This document shows, in pieces, positions 11,891 to 27,039 of a stretch of DNA of 64,000 nucleotides (position 1 is the stretch's first letter; the number at the start of each line of letters is the position of its first letter). Source of the DNA: Eledone cirrhosa (lineage: Eukaryota). The position numbers were made by a program, and so were the translations under genes. Where the stretch lies: assembly GCA_964016885.1 (NCBI GenBank), contig OZ024740.1, positions 29,016,001-29,080,000 on the forward strand. Reading direction: 5' to 3'. The notes under the pieces are model-generated. The model searched no databases and had not been told where the DNA came from. It saw nothing but the letters and a program-made list of their open reading frames with translations.

Positions 11891-12625
11891 TCTATATATA
11901 TATGTGTGTATATATATACACATATATGTATACTTAAATTTTTATAGCACAATGAGAATGTTTTCCGTGAACTTAGGGTTTGCAGAGTTGATCATGTAAA
12001 TTCACATAGATGTTTGTAGTTATCACATAAACATATGAATTTTTTTTTAAAAACTAAACATAAGATCATTACTTTTCACACATTATGGATACATGTCTCA
12101 TTCAGGAATACTGATATTTACAATATAGTGGCTGGTTTTTATACATACTAATACCTCTACATTAAAACATAGGGTTTTTATGCCTCGCCTATGTCTGGTT
12201 ACTTTTAATTTTTCTCTCTATATAACAGCTGGTTTCTCTCCTAACCACATATATCTCCCTTACATTAATACTAGAGCTAAATAAATAAATAAATAAATGT
12301 ATCATTGATACGTTTACTCAACGGATGTCCCACTACCTAGTTTTGTATATATATATCTATCTCTATTTCCTCTCTCTATAAATATATATCTCTCTCTGTT
12401 TCTTTACATGAAGTTCTTCTCTTTATCTATCTTTCCATCTCTCTATTTTGTTCCATGCATTTCTTCTTTTTCTTCTTTTTCTTCGTTTTCTGTCTTTCTT
12501 TCCTTTTTTTTCTCTCTTTCTTTCTCTCTGTGTACAATTTTTTCACTGCCAATTCAACTTTTCAAATACAAGTCGATGTTGTACAGTATGTCAAATCTAT
12601 TTATCTATAAAACTGTTTATATTGT

Positions 12626-12689
12626 ATTTTGTCTGAGGAAGGCATAGCATATTGTTAATATGATATCCCTGAAATATATATAATGAAAT
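12626..12689 (+). ncRNA. Type I hammerhead ribozyme (family F)
   Basis: attttgt-CTGAGGA-aggcatagcatattgttaatatgatatccct-GAAA-tatata-TA-atgaaat; near-identical copies at 20168-20231(-), 54403-54466(-), 54600-54663(+). Confidence 0.7.
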
Positions 12690-12754
12690 AAATATGGTTT
12701 TATAAATGTAGTTTCCATTTATTTAATATCGTATATATATATATATATTTATTT

Positions 12755-13073
<319 letters not shown>

Positions 13074-13079
13074 TATGTA

Positions 13080-13318
13080 TTAAAATAACAGATTAAAGTT
13101 TAAGCAAACAATCGCTGCTTTCACCCTTAACGGGATCTGCTGAAACTCAGAAGATCCCGTTAAGGGTGAAAGCACCGATTCTTTGCTTAAACTTTAATCT
13201 GTTATTTTAATAAATATTTGCTCTACGGTTCTTATATATGTGATATATATTTATCCTTATCGAGCCCTCTTTGGATTTTATGAGTTCATTTATTTCGTTT
13301 GGTGTGGTGAGATTTTGA

Positions 13319-13320
<2 letters not shown>
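13080..13320. mobile_element. Fold-back family H element with hammerhead-like motif carrying a CAGAAGA core
   Basis: Arms meet at ~13146; CAGAAGA-tcccgttaagggt-GAAA-gca..tgc-TT-aaac at 13148-13192; copies at 18678-18726(+) and 40833-40881(-). Confidence 0.75.
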
Positions 13321-13349
<29 letters not shown>

Positions 13350-13354
<5 letters not shown>

Positions 13355-15035
13355 TGTTATACTTTGGGAAGGTCATGTTGCCAATAAGAAACACACGCAC
13401 CAGTTGCTTTCACTTCAATTTATTATAATAAATTTATAAATTTAGGAATTTATAAATTTCTGGTTGGTTGGTTGGTTCCACAACCAGATAGTTGTTTATA
13501 TATTGTCAAAGTTCTTTCGTCACACATTCTGTGACCTCTTCAGTGACTGGGGATTCTTTTCTTTGTTTTTATACCTCTCCTTTGTTCTGTCCTACGCCAT
13601 TTTGTTTCCGTGTGTGTGTTGTGTGCTCAGTCTGCGCATGCGCCACATCCGGGTGTCTGTGTGTGTTTATATTTGTTTATTTATTTGTTTACTTACATGT
13701 TATTGGTTGGTTGTTTGTTCTATGTGTGTGTGTGTTTTCATTTTGTCCTTAATTGTAAGTTGTGATGTTGCTGTTCCACTCATATTTTCTATTTAATTTT
13801 GGTTGTAATTCTTTTATGTTTATTGCCTCTGTAATTTGTCTAAACATTGCATCTTTTCTGTGTGTAGATTCTATTTTTATTTCTATGTTCTCTAATTTAC
13901 CCTTGTGTTCTATCTTAGCATGTTGGTAGAGAACAGATGATTCTTTATTATCTTGAAGGTCTCGCCAGTGTTCATTTATCAGTTCCCCTATACTACGAGC
14001 TGTTTCACCTATGTACACTATTTTTTGTTTCTACATTGTCCTTCAGTACATCTTATGCTATACACTACATTTCTAGTTTTACAGTTAATATGGGGGCTTA
14101 TTTTACAGGTTATACATTTCTTATCTATACAGGGGGGTCTTTGGAAAGGGTATGTCTTGCTAATAAGTGTTTTTACGGAGGTACCTGGTCTTTCTACTAT
14201 CTTAATATTGAGCTTATGTTTATCTAGGGCCCTTCTAAATTTGTAAGCTAATTCACCTCTAGGGGTTGTATCGATGAACATTATACTCTGGTATTTATTG
14301 CTAACATACCATGAGTTTATTCTATTAGCCTTATTCCTAGTTCTTTCTATTCTATTCCAAAATTTTCTCCTATACAAGGGGCAGGTCCCATTTGTGTCAT
14401 TATTTACCATTTTTTCCCATTTGGTTCTGGCTCCTCTATACACTCTGATTCTATCTCTCTGATTGTAACCAGAGAACTGCATACGGTGGATGAAGTGTTG
14501 TATGTGTCTCTCTAGTTCTTCGGGGTTGCACATGCGGGACACGTTTCTCATCACCCGTACCAAATCCGCAATCAGTATGTTGATTTTGGTATGGTCCGAA
14601 ACATCCGAGTTTCGGTGGATCAGATGTTTGGAAATAATGGGTTTGGCATGATGGGAATGGAGGATTTGTTTTTTGTTATTAATGGTATCTAACCAGAGCT
14701 CTGTGTCTAGTACAGGTAATCGATGGTTGGGGTGTTTACTTGGGTAGTCTATAGTAACTCTAATACTCTGGTGGATGGAGTTAGCTATTTGCTGGATGCT
14801 TTCCATTGTGTTTTTCTCTAGTTCCTGACTGTTCTCTAGTGGGGGTGTCTTAACTACGATGTTTATATCGTCAACGTAGCGGGAGTACATTATCAGGGTT
14901 AAGGGGTCTTCTAATTGTTCTTTAAGTTTAAGTTTAAGTCTATTGTCCCACCATACCATGAATAAGTTAGCTATGTCGCCTGCAATGCTAACACCAATGG
15001 TGGTTTTCAGTATCTTGTTAGCCTGGCTAAGGCTT
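13350..15035 (-). mobile_element. Penelope-like element, 5' truncated (RT C-terminal half, GIY-YIG, 3' region)
   Basis: ORF 14018-15160: IANLFM..W, YSRYVDD, LPVLD, CxxCxxC, NVVYSIRC; frameshift ~14020 into YIGETARS..EH (13749-14018). Confidence 0.9.
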
Positions 15036-15037
15036 AC

Positions 15038-16422
15038 GATATTTCGTTTCTGAATTTGTTTAGCAAGATACTTTATCTGAAATCGTGTGTTGAAACCGAT
15101 ATTGTTATACTTTGGGAGGGTCATGTTGCCAATAAGAAACACACGCACCAGTTGTTTCACTTCAATTTATTATAATAAATTTATAAATTTAGGAATTTAT
15201 AAATTTCTGGTTCGTTGGTTGGTTCCACACCAGAGTATTAGAGTTACTATAGACTACCCAAGTAAACACCCCAACCATCGATTACCTGTACTAGACACAG
15301 AGCTCTGGTTAGATACCATTAATAACAAAAAACAAATCCTCCATTCCCATTATGCCAAACCCATGACTTCCAAACATCTGATCCATCGGCTGTTTCGGAC
15401 TATACCAAAATCAACATATTGATTGCGGATTTGGTACGGGTGATGAGAAACGTGTCCCGCATGTGCAACCCCGAAGAACTAGAGAGACACATACATCACT
15501 TCATCCACCGTATGCAGTTCTCTGGTTACAATCAGAGAGATAGAATCAGAGTGTATAGAGGAGCCAGAACCAAATGGGAAAAAATGGTAAATAATGACAC
15601 AAATGGGACCTGCCCCTTGTATAGGAGCAAATTTTGGAATAGAATAGAAAGAACTAGGAATAAGGCTAATAGAATAAACTCATGGTATGATAGCAATAAA
15701 TACCAGAGTGTAATGTTCATCGATACAACCCCTAGAGGTGAATTAGCTTACAAATTTAGAAGGGCCCTAGATAAACATGAACTCAATATTAAGATAGTAG
15801 AAAGACCAGGTACCTCCGTAAAAACACTTATTAGCAAGACATACCCTTTTCAAAGAAACTCATGTATAGATAAGAAATGTATAACCTGTAAAATAAGCCC
15901 CCATATTAACTGTAAAACTAGAAATGTAGTGTATAGCATAAGATGTACTGAAGGACAATGTAGAGACAAAAATATAGTGTACATAGGTGAGACAGCCCGT
16001 AGTGTAGGGGAACGGATAAATGAACACTGGCGAGACCTGCAAGATAGTAAAGAATCATCTGTACTCTACCAACATGCTAAAATAGAACATAAGGGTAAAT
16101 TAGAGAACATAGAAATAAAAATAGAATCTACACACAGAAAATAGAATCTACACACAGCGCTCTGTGTCTAGTACAGGTAATCGATGGTTGGGGTGTTTAC
16201 CTGGGTAGTCTATAGTAACTCTAATACTCTGGTGTGGAACCAACCAACCAACCAACCAGAAATTTATAAATTCCTAAATTTATAAATTTATTATAATAAA
16301 TTGAAGTGAAAGAAACTGGTGCGTGTGTTTCTTATTGGCAACATGACCCTCCCAAAGTATAACAATATCGGTTTCAACACACGATTTCAGATAAAGAATC
16401 TTGCTAAACAAATTCAGAAACG

Positions 16423-16425
<3 letters not shown>
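15038..16425 (+). mobile_element. Second, inverted copy of the same PLE family bounded by ~270-bp terminal inverted repeats
   Basis: ORF 15419-16144 duplicates part of 13860-14580 on the opposite strand; 15038-15305 is the reverse complement of ~16157-16425. Confidence 0.85.
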
Positions 16426-16466
<41 letters not shown>

Positions 16467-16640
16467 GAAAAATAGAAAAAAACGTGGAACTATCGTTTAC
16501 TTATAAAAGATATTTATATATATCTTTATATGCATATGCGATAAAATACCAATGATGGTTGGCAAATCACTGATGAGTGACTAATTTTATAATATGTAAC
16601 GCATGTGCAACCACGCAGTATTCCACTTTCTTCCCATCTT

Positions 16641-16672
<32 letters not shown>

Positions 16673-16884
16673 TACGGTTAGCTCTACTCTTTGTTGTATC
16701 CTGTCTCACTCGCTTTACGCGTTTTAATTGTCCTAATAACTTAATTTAGTTATTATTGCACCGACGTGAGGTATATGATTTTTAATGCAATAAAATATCT
16801 ATGATCGTCGGCAAATCACTGATGAGGGACTTATTTTATTACATGTTATCCATGTGCTACCAGCAGTATTTTTCTCCCCATTTT

Positions 16885-16949
<65 letters not shown>

Positions 16950-16953
<4 letters not shown>

Positions 16954-18500
16954 TCCTGTTGAGGGTCTTTTGCCACAAATGACGTCAATGAGATCCCCCT
17001 GTAGTTGTTGGTGTTAGAGAGATCTCCCTTTTTTGGCACTTGGACGATGTTACTGATCCTCCACTGATTCGGGGCAACTCCTTTCTCCAGTACCTGGTTA
17101 CAGAACCCCAGGATGATATCATCAAAATCACACCTCTTCATCGCCTCTGATGCCATTCCATCTTCTCCGTGAGCCTTGCCCTCCTTGATCTTCTTCTTGG
17201 TTCTCTGAAGCTCCTCTCTGGTGAAGGGCTCCTTCTCAATATCCAGTTCTTCAAACAGCCGCGTGATCTCCCAAGTGCTCTGGGCTGTGGAGGCGGCTCT
17301 CCTAGTAGGGTCCTGTGATTGAGAAGAAGCTCAGGGCCAACCAGAACGGCTTCAGAGAGGTAAGATCAACCGTCACATCCCGATGCTGAGGAGGATATTA
17401 GAGCAAAGTGCCTTCCTGCGGTCATGGTTTTCATTGATTTAAGAAGGCCTTCGATTCTGTGGACCGTCACTGCCTGATGAAGGCTTATGGAATCCCCAAG
17501 AAGATAGTTGACCTGATATCACTGCTCTACACCAACACCAAAGCCGAACTCATTACACCTGATGGGATGACAGAGTTTTTTGAGATACTGGCTGGAGTGT
17601 TCCAGGGAGATACATTGGCTCCCTACCTTTTTATCATCGTAGTGGACTATTGTATGCGCCTTGCACTGGAGAAACACCAGAACTCTGGCTTAACTTTAGC
17701 ACCGGCTCAGAGCAGGAGAGTCAAGGCGAAAAAGATACCGGATGCTGAATTTGCCGACGACATAGTTTCGGTGACAAATACAGTGAAGGAGGCAGAGGAT
17801 TTGATGCAGGAGGTTGAGACTATGTCGATGATTGTGGGGCTGAGAATGAATGAGACTAAAACAAAATATCTGGCAGAGAATGTTGAGAAGCCAGAGGGGA
17901 TCACTAATGTAGACGGGAAGACGCTAGAATTGGTTGAGAGCTTCCTGTATTTGGAAGCAAAGATTGGGAATACGGAAGATGAGGTGCTTGAGAGGAAGAG
18001 CAAGGCCTGGGCGGTGTGCCACAGCTTGAGATCGGTGTGGAAGTCAGACCTTCGTAAAGACCTGAAAATTCGCCTCTTCATTGCTGTAGTGGAATCTGTG
18101 CTGCTGTACGGGTCTGAGACTTGGACACTGACCAAGAAACTCACTCAGATGGTAGATGGGTTCTACACGAGAATGCTGAGGATGTCTCTGAACATTAATC
18201 AGTATACACTGAGGATGAAAAACTCAGAGTTGCATAGGAGCCTCCCAAAAGTCAGCTCAAAAGTGACACAGAGGAGATTGAGGTTAGCTTGACATGCTCA
18301 CCGACATCCAGAGTTGACATTGCACTCAGTGCTCCCGTGGGAGCCCCTACATGGACACACTGGAAGAGGAAAACCAAGGTTAACGTATATTGATGCCCTA
18401 AGGACAGACACTGGTCTGTTGGACACAGGACATGGCAGCGATAATGAGGGACAGAGACCGCTGAAGAGAACTCGTCCATGGATCTCGGGAATTTTACCCG
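16950..18500 (+). mobile_element. RTE-clade LINE RT fragment with 5' inversion (16950-17316 minus, 17317-18500 plus)
   Basis: Minus arm: VPKKGDLSNTNNYRGISL; plus arm: KAFDS-like, MKAYGIP, GVFQGDTLAPYLF, EFADD, VLLYGSETWTLT, RRLRLA, GRGKPRLTYID. Confidence 0.85.
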
Positions 18501-18508
18501 CCCTAGAA

Positions 18509-18564
<56 letters not shown>

Positions 18565-18574
18565 ATAAGAAATA

Positions 18575-18745
18575 TATAATAATAATAATTTTAAAGAAAA
18601 AATCCAATGAAGGCTCAATAAGGAAAAATATATATCAAATATATAAGAACCGTAGAGCAAATATTTCAGAAGCGCCCGTTTCAGAAGATCCCGTTAAGGG
18701 TGAAAGCAGCGATTCTTTGCTTAAATTTTAATCTGTTATTTTTAT
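18575..18745. mobile_element. Family H element (CAGAAGA hammerhead-like motif 18678-18726 plus) with inverted downstream segment
   Basis: gttt-CAGAAGA-tcccgttaagggt-GAAA-gca gcgattctt tgc-TT-aaat. Confidence 0.7.
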
Positions 18746-18803
18746 ATATATATATATATATATGTATATTTCGTTTCATTCTATTCCATTTATATATATA
18801 TAA

Positions 18804-18838
<35 letters not shown>

Positions 18839-18933
18839 CACATATATATATACATATATATATGTAAATATATAAATATATATATATATACATACATATA
18901 TATATATAAATATACATATATATATATATACAT

Positions 18934-19023
<90 letters not shown>

Positions 19024-19063
19024 ATACATATATATATACACATATATATATGTAAATATATAA

Positions 19064-19150
<87 letters not shown>

Positions 19151-19185
19151 CACACATATATATATCCGATTCAACCCGGAATAAC

Positions 19186-19237
<52 letters not shown>

Positions 19238-19415
19238 ATATATATATATATAAAATATTTAGCTCTGTAACTTACATGACTTTTTCAATTTTCAACGGAA
19301 TCGTCAATATATATATATAGATATATACATATATATATATATATATCAGTCATAAACATATTTATCTTGTTGTATCCCAACAAATTAAATATAACCTCTA
19401 CATATATATATATAT

Positions 19416-19488
<73 letters not shown>

Positions 19489-19517
19489 TATATATATATA
19501 AATATATATATATCCAT

Positions 19518-19551
<34 letters not shown>

Positions 19552-19973
19552 CAATATATATATATATATATCAGTAAGATACATGTATATTCATTTATTT
19601 ACATGTGTAAAAATATAATATATAATTATATAAGCCCATTTATAACTAACTCTATATCTATATTTGTATGTTCCTATGCGAATGTATCTATCGATATGTA
19701 TATATAAGTATCACATATTTTTGAAGGTATCGATAATTAATCATTGCCCTATATATTTTTATATACATAGGTTTCTATCTGAAGGTATTTATTGACATGT
19801 CTATTTATGAAGGTATTGGTGATTAATCATTGTCCTATTTATACATAGTTTACAATATATTACCTTATAGGAGCAGACGATATATAACTACAGATATAAA
19901 GATATATAAATACGTTATTATCAATATTGAGTTCTACCTCCCTCCTGAATTAACAACATCACTAGATGGTTAC

Positions 19974-20084
<111 letters not shown>

Positions 20085-20089
20085 AATAT

Positions 20090-20123
<34 letters not shown>

Positions 20124-20124
<1 letters not shown>

Positions 20125-20405
20125 CAATATTAAATAAATGGAAAACTATATTTATAAAACCATATTTATTTCATTATATATATTTCGGGGATATCATATT
20201 AACAATATGCTATGCCTTCATCAGACAAAATACAATATAAACAGTTTTATAGATAAATATATTCGACATACCGTAATAAACATCAACTTCATTTGAAGAG
20301 GTTTACGCTAGCAATATTGTAAATATACTCCAAATATTTGTCGAGTGCTTTTATATCAGTTATAAATATTTACTAGTTGTAACCAAACAATTTTAAATAT
20401 AACTT

Positions 20406-20410
<5 letters not shown>
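20124..20410 (-). mobile_element. Family F hammerhead element (hammerhead 20168-20231 minus)
   Basis: Reverse complement reads attttgt-CTGATGA-agg..ccc-GAAA-tatata-TA-atgaaat. Confidence 0.75.
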
Positions 20411-20446
<36 letters not shown>

Positions 20447-20447
20447 T

Positions 20448-20593
<146 letters not shown>

Positions 20594-20801
20594 ATATTTA
20601 TATATATTTATATATATAAATATATATTTATATATATATATATATTTATATATATTTATATATATAAATATATATTTATATATAAATTTATATATATTTA
20701 TATTTATATATGTTTATATATTTTTTATTATAATATATATATATATAATTTATATTATATTTATATATATTTATATATATTTATATATATATATATATAT
20801 A

Positions 20802-20940
20802 TGTTATTCCGGGTTGAATCGGAGGTAACCACAGTAAGTAAGCTACTCAATACATAGCAGAGTTAAAAGTTTAGAAATCATCAGATTCCTGATGATTTCT
20901 AAAGAATGAAACAGATCGACTCCTGTACAATCTCATCTCT
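20802..20940. mobile_element. Family B rearranged element with hammerhead 20884-20932 plus
   Basis: gattc-CTGATGA-tttctaaagaat-GAAA-cag..ctg-TA-caatc preceded by an inverted tail segment. Confidence 0.75.
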
Positions 20941-21184
20941 ATATATATATATATATATTTATAAATATTTATATATAAATATATATTTATATATATTTAT
21001 ATATACATATATATATGTGTGTGTATACAAGCACGTCGCGCACTCACACACAGGCAGACACAGACGCACAGACACACACAGTCATATGTGTCTGTGTGCG
21101 TGCTTTTACGAATGTATATATATATATATATATATGAATATGAATATTTGAACTGTGAATATATATATATATATATATATATGG

Positions 21185-21760
21185 TGGCTGCCAACTCGTT
21201 TTCGAGTACGGCCACTACTTTATATCCATGTAGGAGAACCCCTACCGATGCGCTGAACGAGTGTGACTTTTTAGTCCAGCCAGCGACTTGAAAACTCTGG
21301 TACAAACTACACTTGTGACAATTATTGACACATAGTGCTGGGCCCATGGTACCATATGACGACAAGTGCAGAGAGATCTCCAGATATAAAGCAATGCCTG
21401 TGCCGTGAAGCTTTTATAGTGAGCAAAGGCACTGCACAAAGCCAATCCCACTCTCTTAACCAAGATGATATTTACCAAAAACAAGAACAAGTCAACATCA
21501 TTGGATACCATCAGAGTTGCAGGTGTTACATCAGAGTTTTCCTTCTCCTAGAATTCTGTCTTGACAAAGGCTAAGGGGTCATCTCTCCCGGTTATTTTGC
21601 CCTTTGACAGGTTTTGTTTTTAGTCCTGCAGGATGTCCAAAGTCAGCCTCCTCACCAAGAAACCTTGGTGGGGTTGCCAGTTTAGTCGCCAACGACCCGA
21701 CCATGGGACAGGTTGTACTGAGATACATGTTACCAGTAGCACCAACTGGTGAACTGACAT
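21185..21760 (-). mobile_element. Probable RTE-type 5'UTR-derived non-autonomous repeat
   Basis: Minus strand contains cccttagcctttgtcaag..ctaggagaaggaaaactct, similar to 45170-45215 plus; family assignment by recollection of RTE 5'UTR motifs. Confidence 0.45.
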
Positions 21761-22025
21761 ATATATATATACATACCAATATATATATATATATATACAT
21801 ACCATATATATATATACATACCAATATATATATATATATATATACATACCATATATATATATACATACCAATATATATACATACCAATATAGATATGCAT
21901 GAAGTTATATATATGTAGGTATGTATATGCCTATCTGTATATGTATGTATATGCCTATCTATATATTCATAGGTATATACATACCTATATGTATGTATAT
22001 ATATATACACCCCATAGGTACACAC

Positions 22026-22085
<60 letters not shown>

Positions 22086-22183
22086 GTGTGTACCTATGGG
22101 GTGTATATATATATACATACATATAGGTATGTATATACCTATGAATATATACACATACAAATAGTTATGTATGTTTGTAAGTA

Positions 22184-22240
<57 letters not shown>

Positions 22241-22362
22241 AAGGGATTGTGGTAATGAACTAGATGGACCATAACACTACAGAGTACTCAATACTTAGAG
22301 TAGTAGTGTCCAGAAATAGCCGTCGAAACGGCATGTGCTCTGCCGTCGGGGTCATACTTTTT

Positions 22363-22409
<47 letters not shown>

Positions 22410-22583
22410 GTTATATTTAATTTGTTGGGATACAACAAGCAAAATATGTTTATAACTGATATAAAGCACTCAACAAATTATTGGAGTCAATACACAATAT
22501 ATCAACAAATGTATACTATATTTATAAAACCATATTTATTTCATTATACATTTTTCAAGGGCCACCAAGGCATATATATATAA

Positions 22584-22708
<125 letters not shown>

Positions 22709-23008
22709 AACATACATTCACACATATATATATGTGTATATATATATATATGTATATATATATATAGAGAGAGAGAGTGAGTGAGTGGGAGTGAGAGAGA
22801 GAGAGGGGGAATAAGAGAGATACACATATATATATAGTCATGTATGTAGCTATGTTGTCATGTTATGTGTTCCTGTTAGCTCAGTAAACTCCTGTTTGTT
22901 CTGAGCTCAACTCTTAATTAATTTAAGATATTTTCCTTTGACTTTACACATTTACAAATATGTAAACGTTTAATTATATGTATATATGTATATATGTATA
23001 TATGTATG

Positions 23009-23044
<36 letters not shown>

Positions 23045-23365
23045 TATATATATATATATATTTGTATATGTGTGTGTGTGTGTGTGAATGCGTGTGTATG
23101 TATATACATTTATATATATACATGTAGATTTAGATATATATGTACATATATCTATTTTTATGTTGAAAACTATAAATACACACACGCACACACAAACACG
23201 CATATATATATATATACACATATATATTTACATACATATCGATAGAATATATATAATATATATATATATAGAGAGAGAGATAGAGAGATATATAGATATA
23301 TATACGTATATATATATATATATGTATATACTTATCCTTATGATATATATATATATATATATAGT

Positions 23366-23408
<43 letters not shown>

Positions 23409-23819
23409 GTGGAGAGAGCTAGAAGGAGGTACATAGATAAATAACTACATATGTATGTGTGTATATTTTAATATGTGTGTATGTGTGTACGTTTTGGTAT
23501 GTGTGTCGGTGTGTAAGCAGTACCTCGTCTCCCACATTCCTACGCTCTTTTCAATATCGTCTCAAGAAATTCCACCAGAGTTCTGATTCTGCGCAAGTTT
23601 TCAAATTGAGAATTGTTGCAGACACTGGTAATATTAGAGTGAATACATTAACATATAGGTAGCTGATAACATAGAACAGTATTACCTTATATGGAGCAAA
23701 CATATTCCCATATATGGTGAAACAATATCATATATACATATACAACTGAAAAACAAATTTGGTATGAAATTTTTTTTTTTAATCTATGTATCGCAACCTA
23801 TATAGTAGCTGATTCGAGT

Positions 23820-23877
<58 letters not shown>

Positions 23878-23955
23878 GCATGAATGCATATTAATTTTAC
23901 ATATGTAAATATATATACATATATGCATATATATACATATTCATATGTATACAAT

Positions 23956-23990
<35 letters not shown>

Positions 23991-24019
23991 GTATATGTAA
24001 ATATGTATATATGTCTATG

Positions 24020-24099
<80 letters not shown>

Positions 24100-24418
24100 C
24101 ATAGACATATATACATATATACATATACATATATATATATCCGTGTATATATATATATATATCCGTGTATGTGCATGCATATGTGTAAGTATGTGTATGC
24201 GTTTATTTGGTTCTGTGTGCACCGGAATATTCTTAAATACTTTGAAATATTTATAGATATCTATTATTATACACATGCATATATATAACCACGCAAACAC
24301 ACACACACATACGCACACAAACACACACAACACACACAAACACATAAACACACGCAGATATAAATACATATATGTGTGTAGCTACACATACATATATATA
24401 TATGTATATCTATATATA

Positions 24419-24572
<154 letters not shown>

Positions 24573-24923
24573 TCTATATATATATATATATATAAATATA
24601 TGTGAGTGTGTGCGTCTATGTGTATGTAAACAAATATACATATATACACACATATATATATATACATATATATATATATGTGTGTGTGTATGTATATATG
24701 TATGTATATATTTACATACATACACATACACACACTTATATGTATATACCATATATATATATATAAATATATATATATGTGTGTGTATGTATGTGTTTAT
24801 AATGATGATGAATAACTTTATACATAGATAAAGACAATGCTGAGAGATATAATTATATAAAGTCTATCATACATGAACACCAAGTCACCCAGACATCAGA
24901 CATATATATATATATAACTTTGA

Positions 24924-24990
<67 letters not shown>

Positions 24991-25436
24991 ATATATATAT
25001 AACATATATATGTACATATATATGTATCTATATATGCATATATATATGTATGTACGCACACATACATACATGAATGCAATCATACATACATACAGACATA
25101 CAAGCATGCTTAGATATATGCATAAATTCATGCATACTCGCACACACATATACACAGTGATACTCCCACCAGCCTTCCACACATGTTTATACACACATAG
25201 ATAAATGCATATACATGCATCCCTTTACCGACACAAAAGATGTATATTTAACAAAACATATATAAAACTAACAAGGACGCGGGCCTCGTTGAAACCTTTC
25301 TTTTCTTGTATATATTTATATATGTGTATACATAACTACATATATTGTATCGATAGGACGTTGATACTTGAAATGCATTTATCAATATATAACTGTATAT
25401 ATATCCATATACCATATGCATATTATACATATGAAC

Positions 25437-25596
<160 letters not shown>

Positions 25597-25764
25597 ACGA
25601 GCATATGGATATATATACATTTATATATATATCCATATATATATATATGTATATATATATATATGTGTGTGTGTGTATGTGTGCATGTATGTATGTATAC
25701 ATACATTTATATATGCAAAAGGCAAACAGAAATACCAAAGCAAATAGATATATATATACACATA

Positions 25765-25939
25765 GGAAAATGTTCAAGACCCCGGCGGCAGAGCTCAAGC
25801 CGTTTTGACGTCTATTTCTGAAAATAGTACAGAAATAGCTGTCGGGGTCTTGAACATTTTCCTATTACCCACTCTACTACCCAAAGTATTGAGTACTCTT
25901 GTGCGTTATGGTCCACCTCGTTCCTTACCAGAGTTCCTT

Positions 25940-25945
<6 letters not shown>
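25765..25945. mobile_element. Fold-back family C element (hammerhead 3' half)
   Basis: aggaaaatgttcaagacccc ... ggggtcttgaacattttcct inverted arms; tail attacccactctactacc..atggtccacc. Confidence 0.8.
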
Positions 25946-26036
<91 letters not shown>

Positions 26037-26156
26037 TGTGTGCGTGTATGTGTGTGTGTGTGTGTGTGTGTCGTTAGAAACTTTGGAAGAATTTTAAGTG
26101 TGTACATTGCAACGTATATGATCATAACAACAATAGATCATTATGAACAAATAGAG

Positions 26157-26208
<52 letters not shown>

Positions 26209-26209
<1 letters not shown>

Positions 26210-27039
26210 CAAATAAATTATCGAGAATCGGAATCGCGGCCCACGAAATAACGAAACACAATCTTCGAAATGCGTGGCAAAGGGCTCAATAGTTTGGATA
26301 AACCAGAGCTATAACTATCGTTTAAATACCAACACATAGAGACAATGCTTAAAATCATTCGCACAGCCGAAAAAACGACCAGGAAAATTCGGGTCATACA
26401 AATAATAAATTAATAAATTAATAAATTAAATGAATGAAAAATCTTACCCGGACCCGCTAGAAGGATGTTAAATTCTAGCTTTTTGGGTTTCTGCGGTTCC
26501 TTAATCAATTACCGTCAGCCTACATAAAAAATATATCTGACTTCTGGCAAAGAGATGAACGAGGAAACCACTTTCTCAGCAGGCATTTCGTTCAAAAATA
26601 CAGGGGCACCCGTTACTAAACGCACGTGGGGTCCAGCAAGGGAGGGAACCCCTATATTAGGCAAATGAATTCAGTAGTGTATATATTTGTAAAAATACAA
26701 AATATCACATATCGAATTAGAGTTCTCAACAGACGGGTTTAAATTAACAAGAGCTATTCATCAGTCAATAAGATCAACTAAAAAATCAATAAAATTAACT
26801 GGTCAATAGCTAAAGACTGGAGATAAATACAAATAAATTATCGAGAATCGGAATCTCGGCCCACGAAATAACGAAACACAATCTTCGAAATGCGTGGCAA
26901 AGGGCTCAATAGTTTGGATAAACCAGAGCTATAACTATCGTTTAAATACCAACACATAGAGACAATGCTTAAAATCATTCGCACAGCCGAAAAAACGACC
27001 AGGAAAATTCGGGTCATACAAATAATAAATTAATAAATT

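Noticed and set aside
15070-15110. Hammerhead-like tatCTGAAA..GAAAc..gTTata in the PLE terminal segment (also ~45655-45692)
   Set aside because: Core lacks the conserved GA and stem II is unconvincing; not called
16560-16870. Two CTGATGA motifs in related short repeats
   Set aside because: No GAAA or stem III at the right spacing; at most decayed ribozymes
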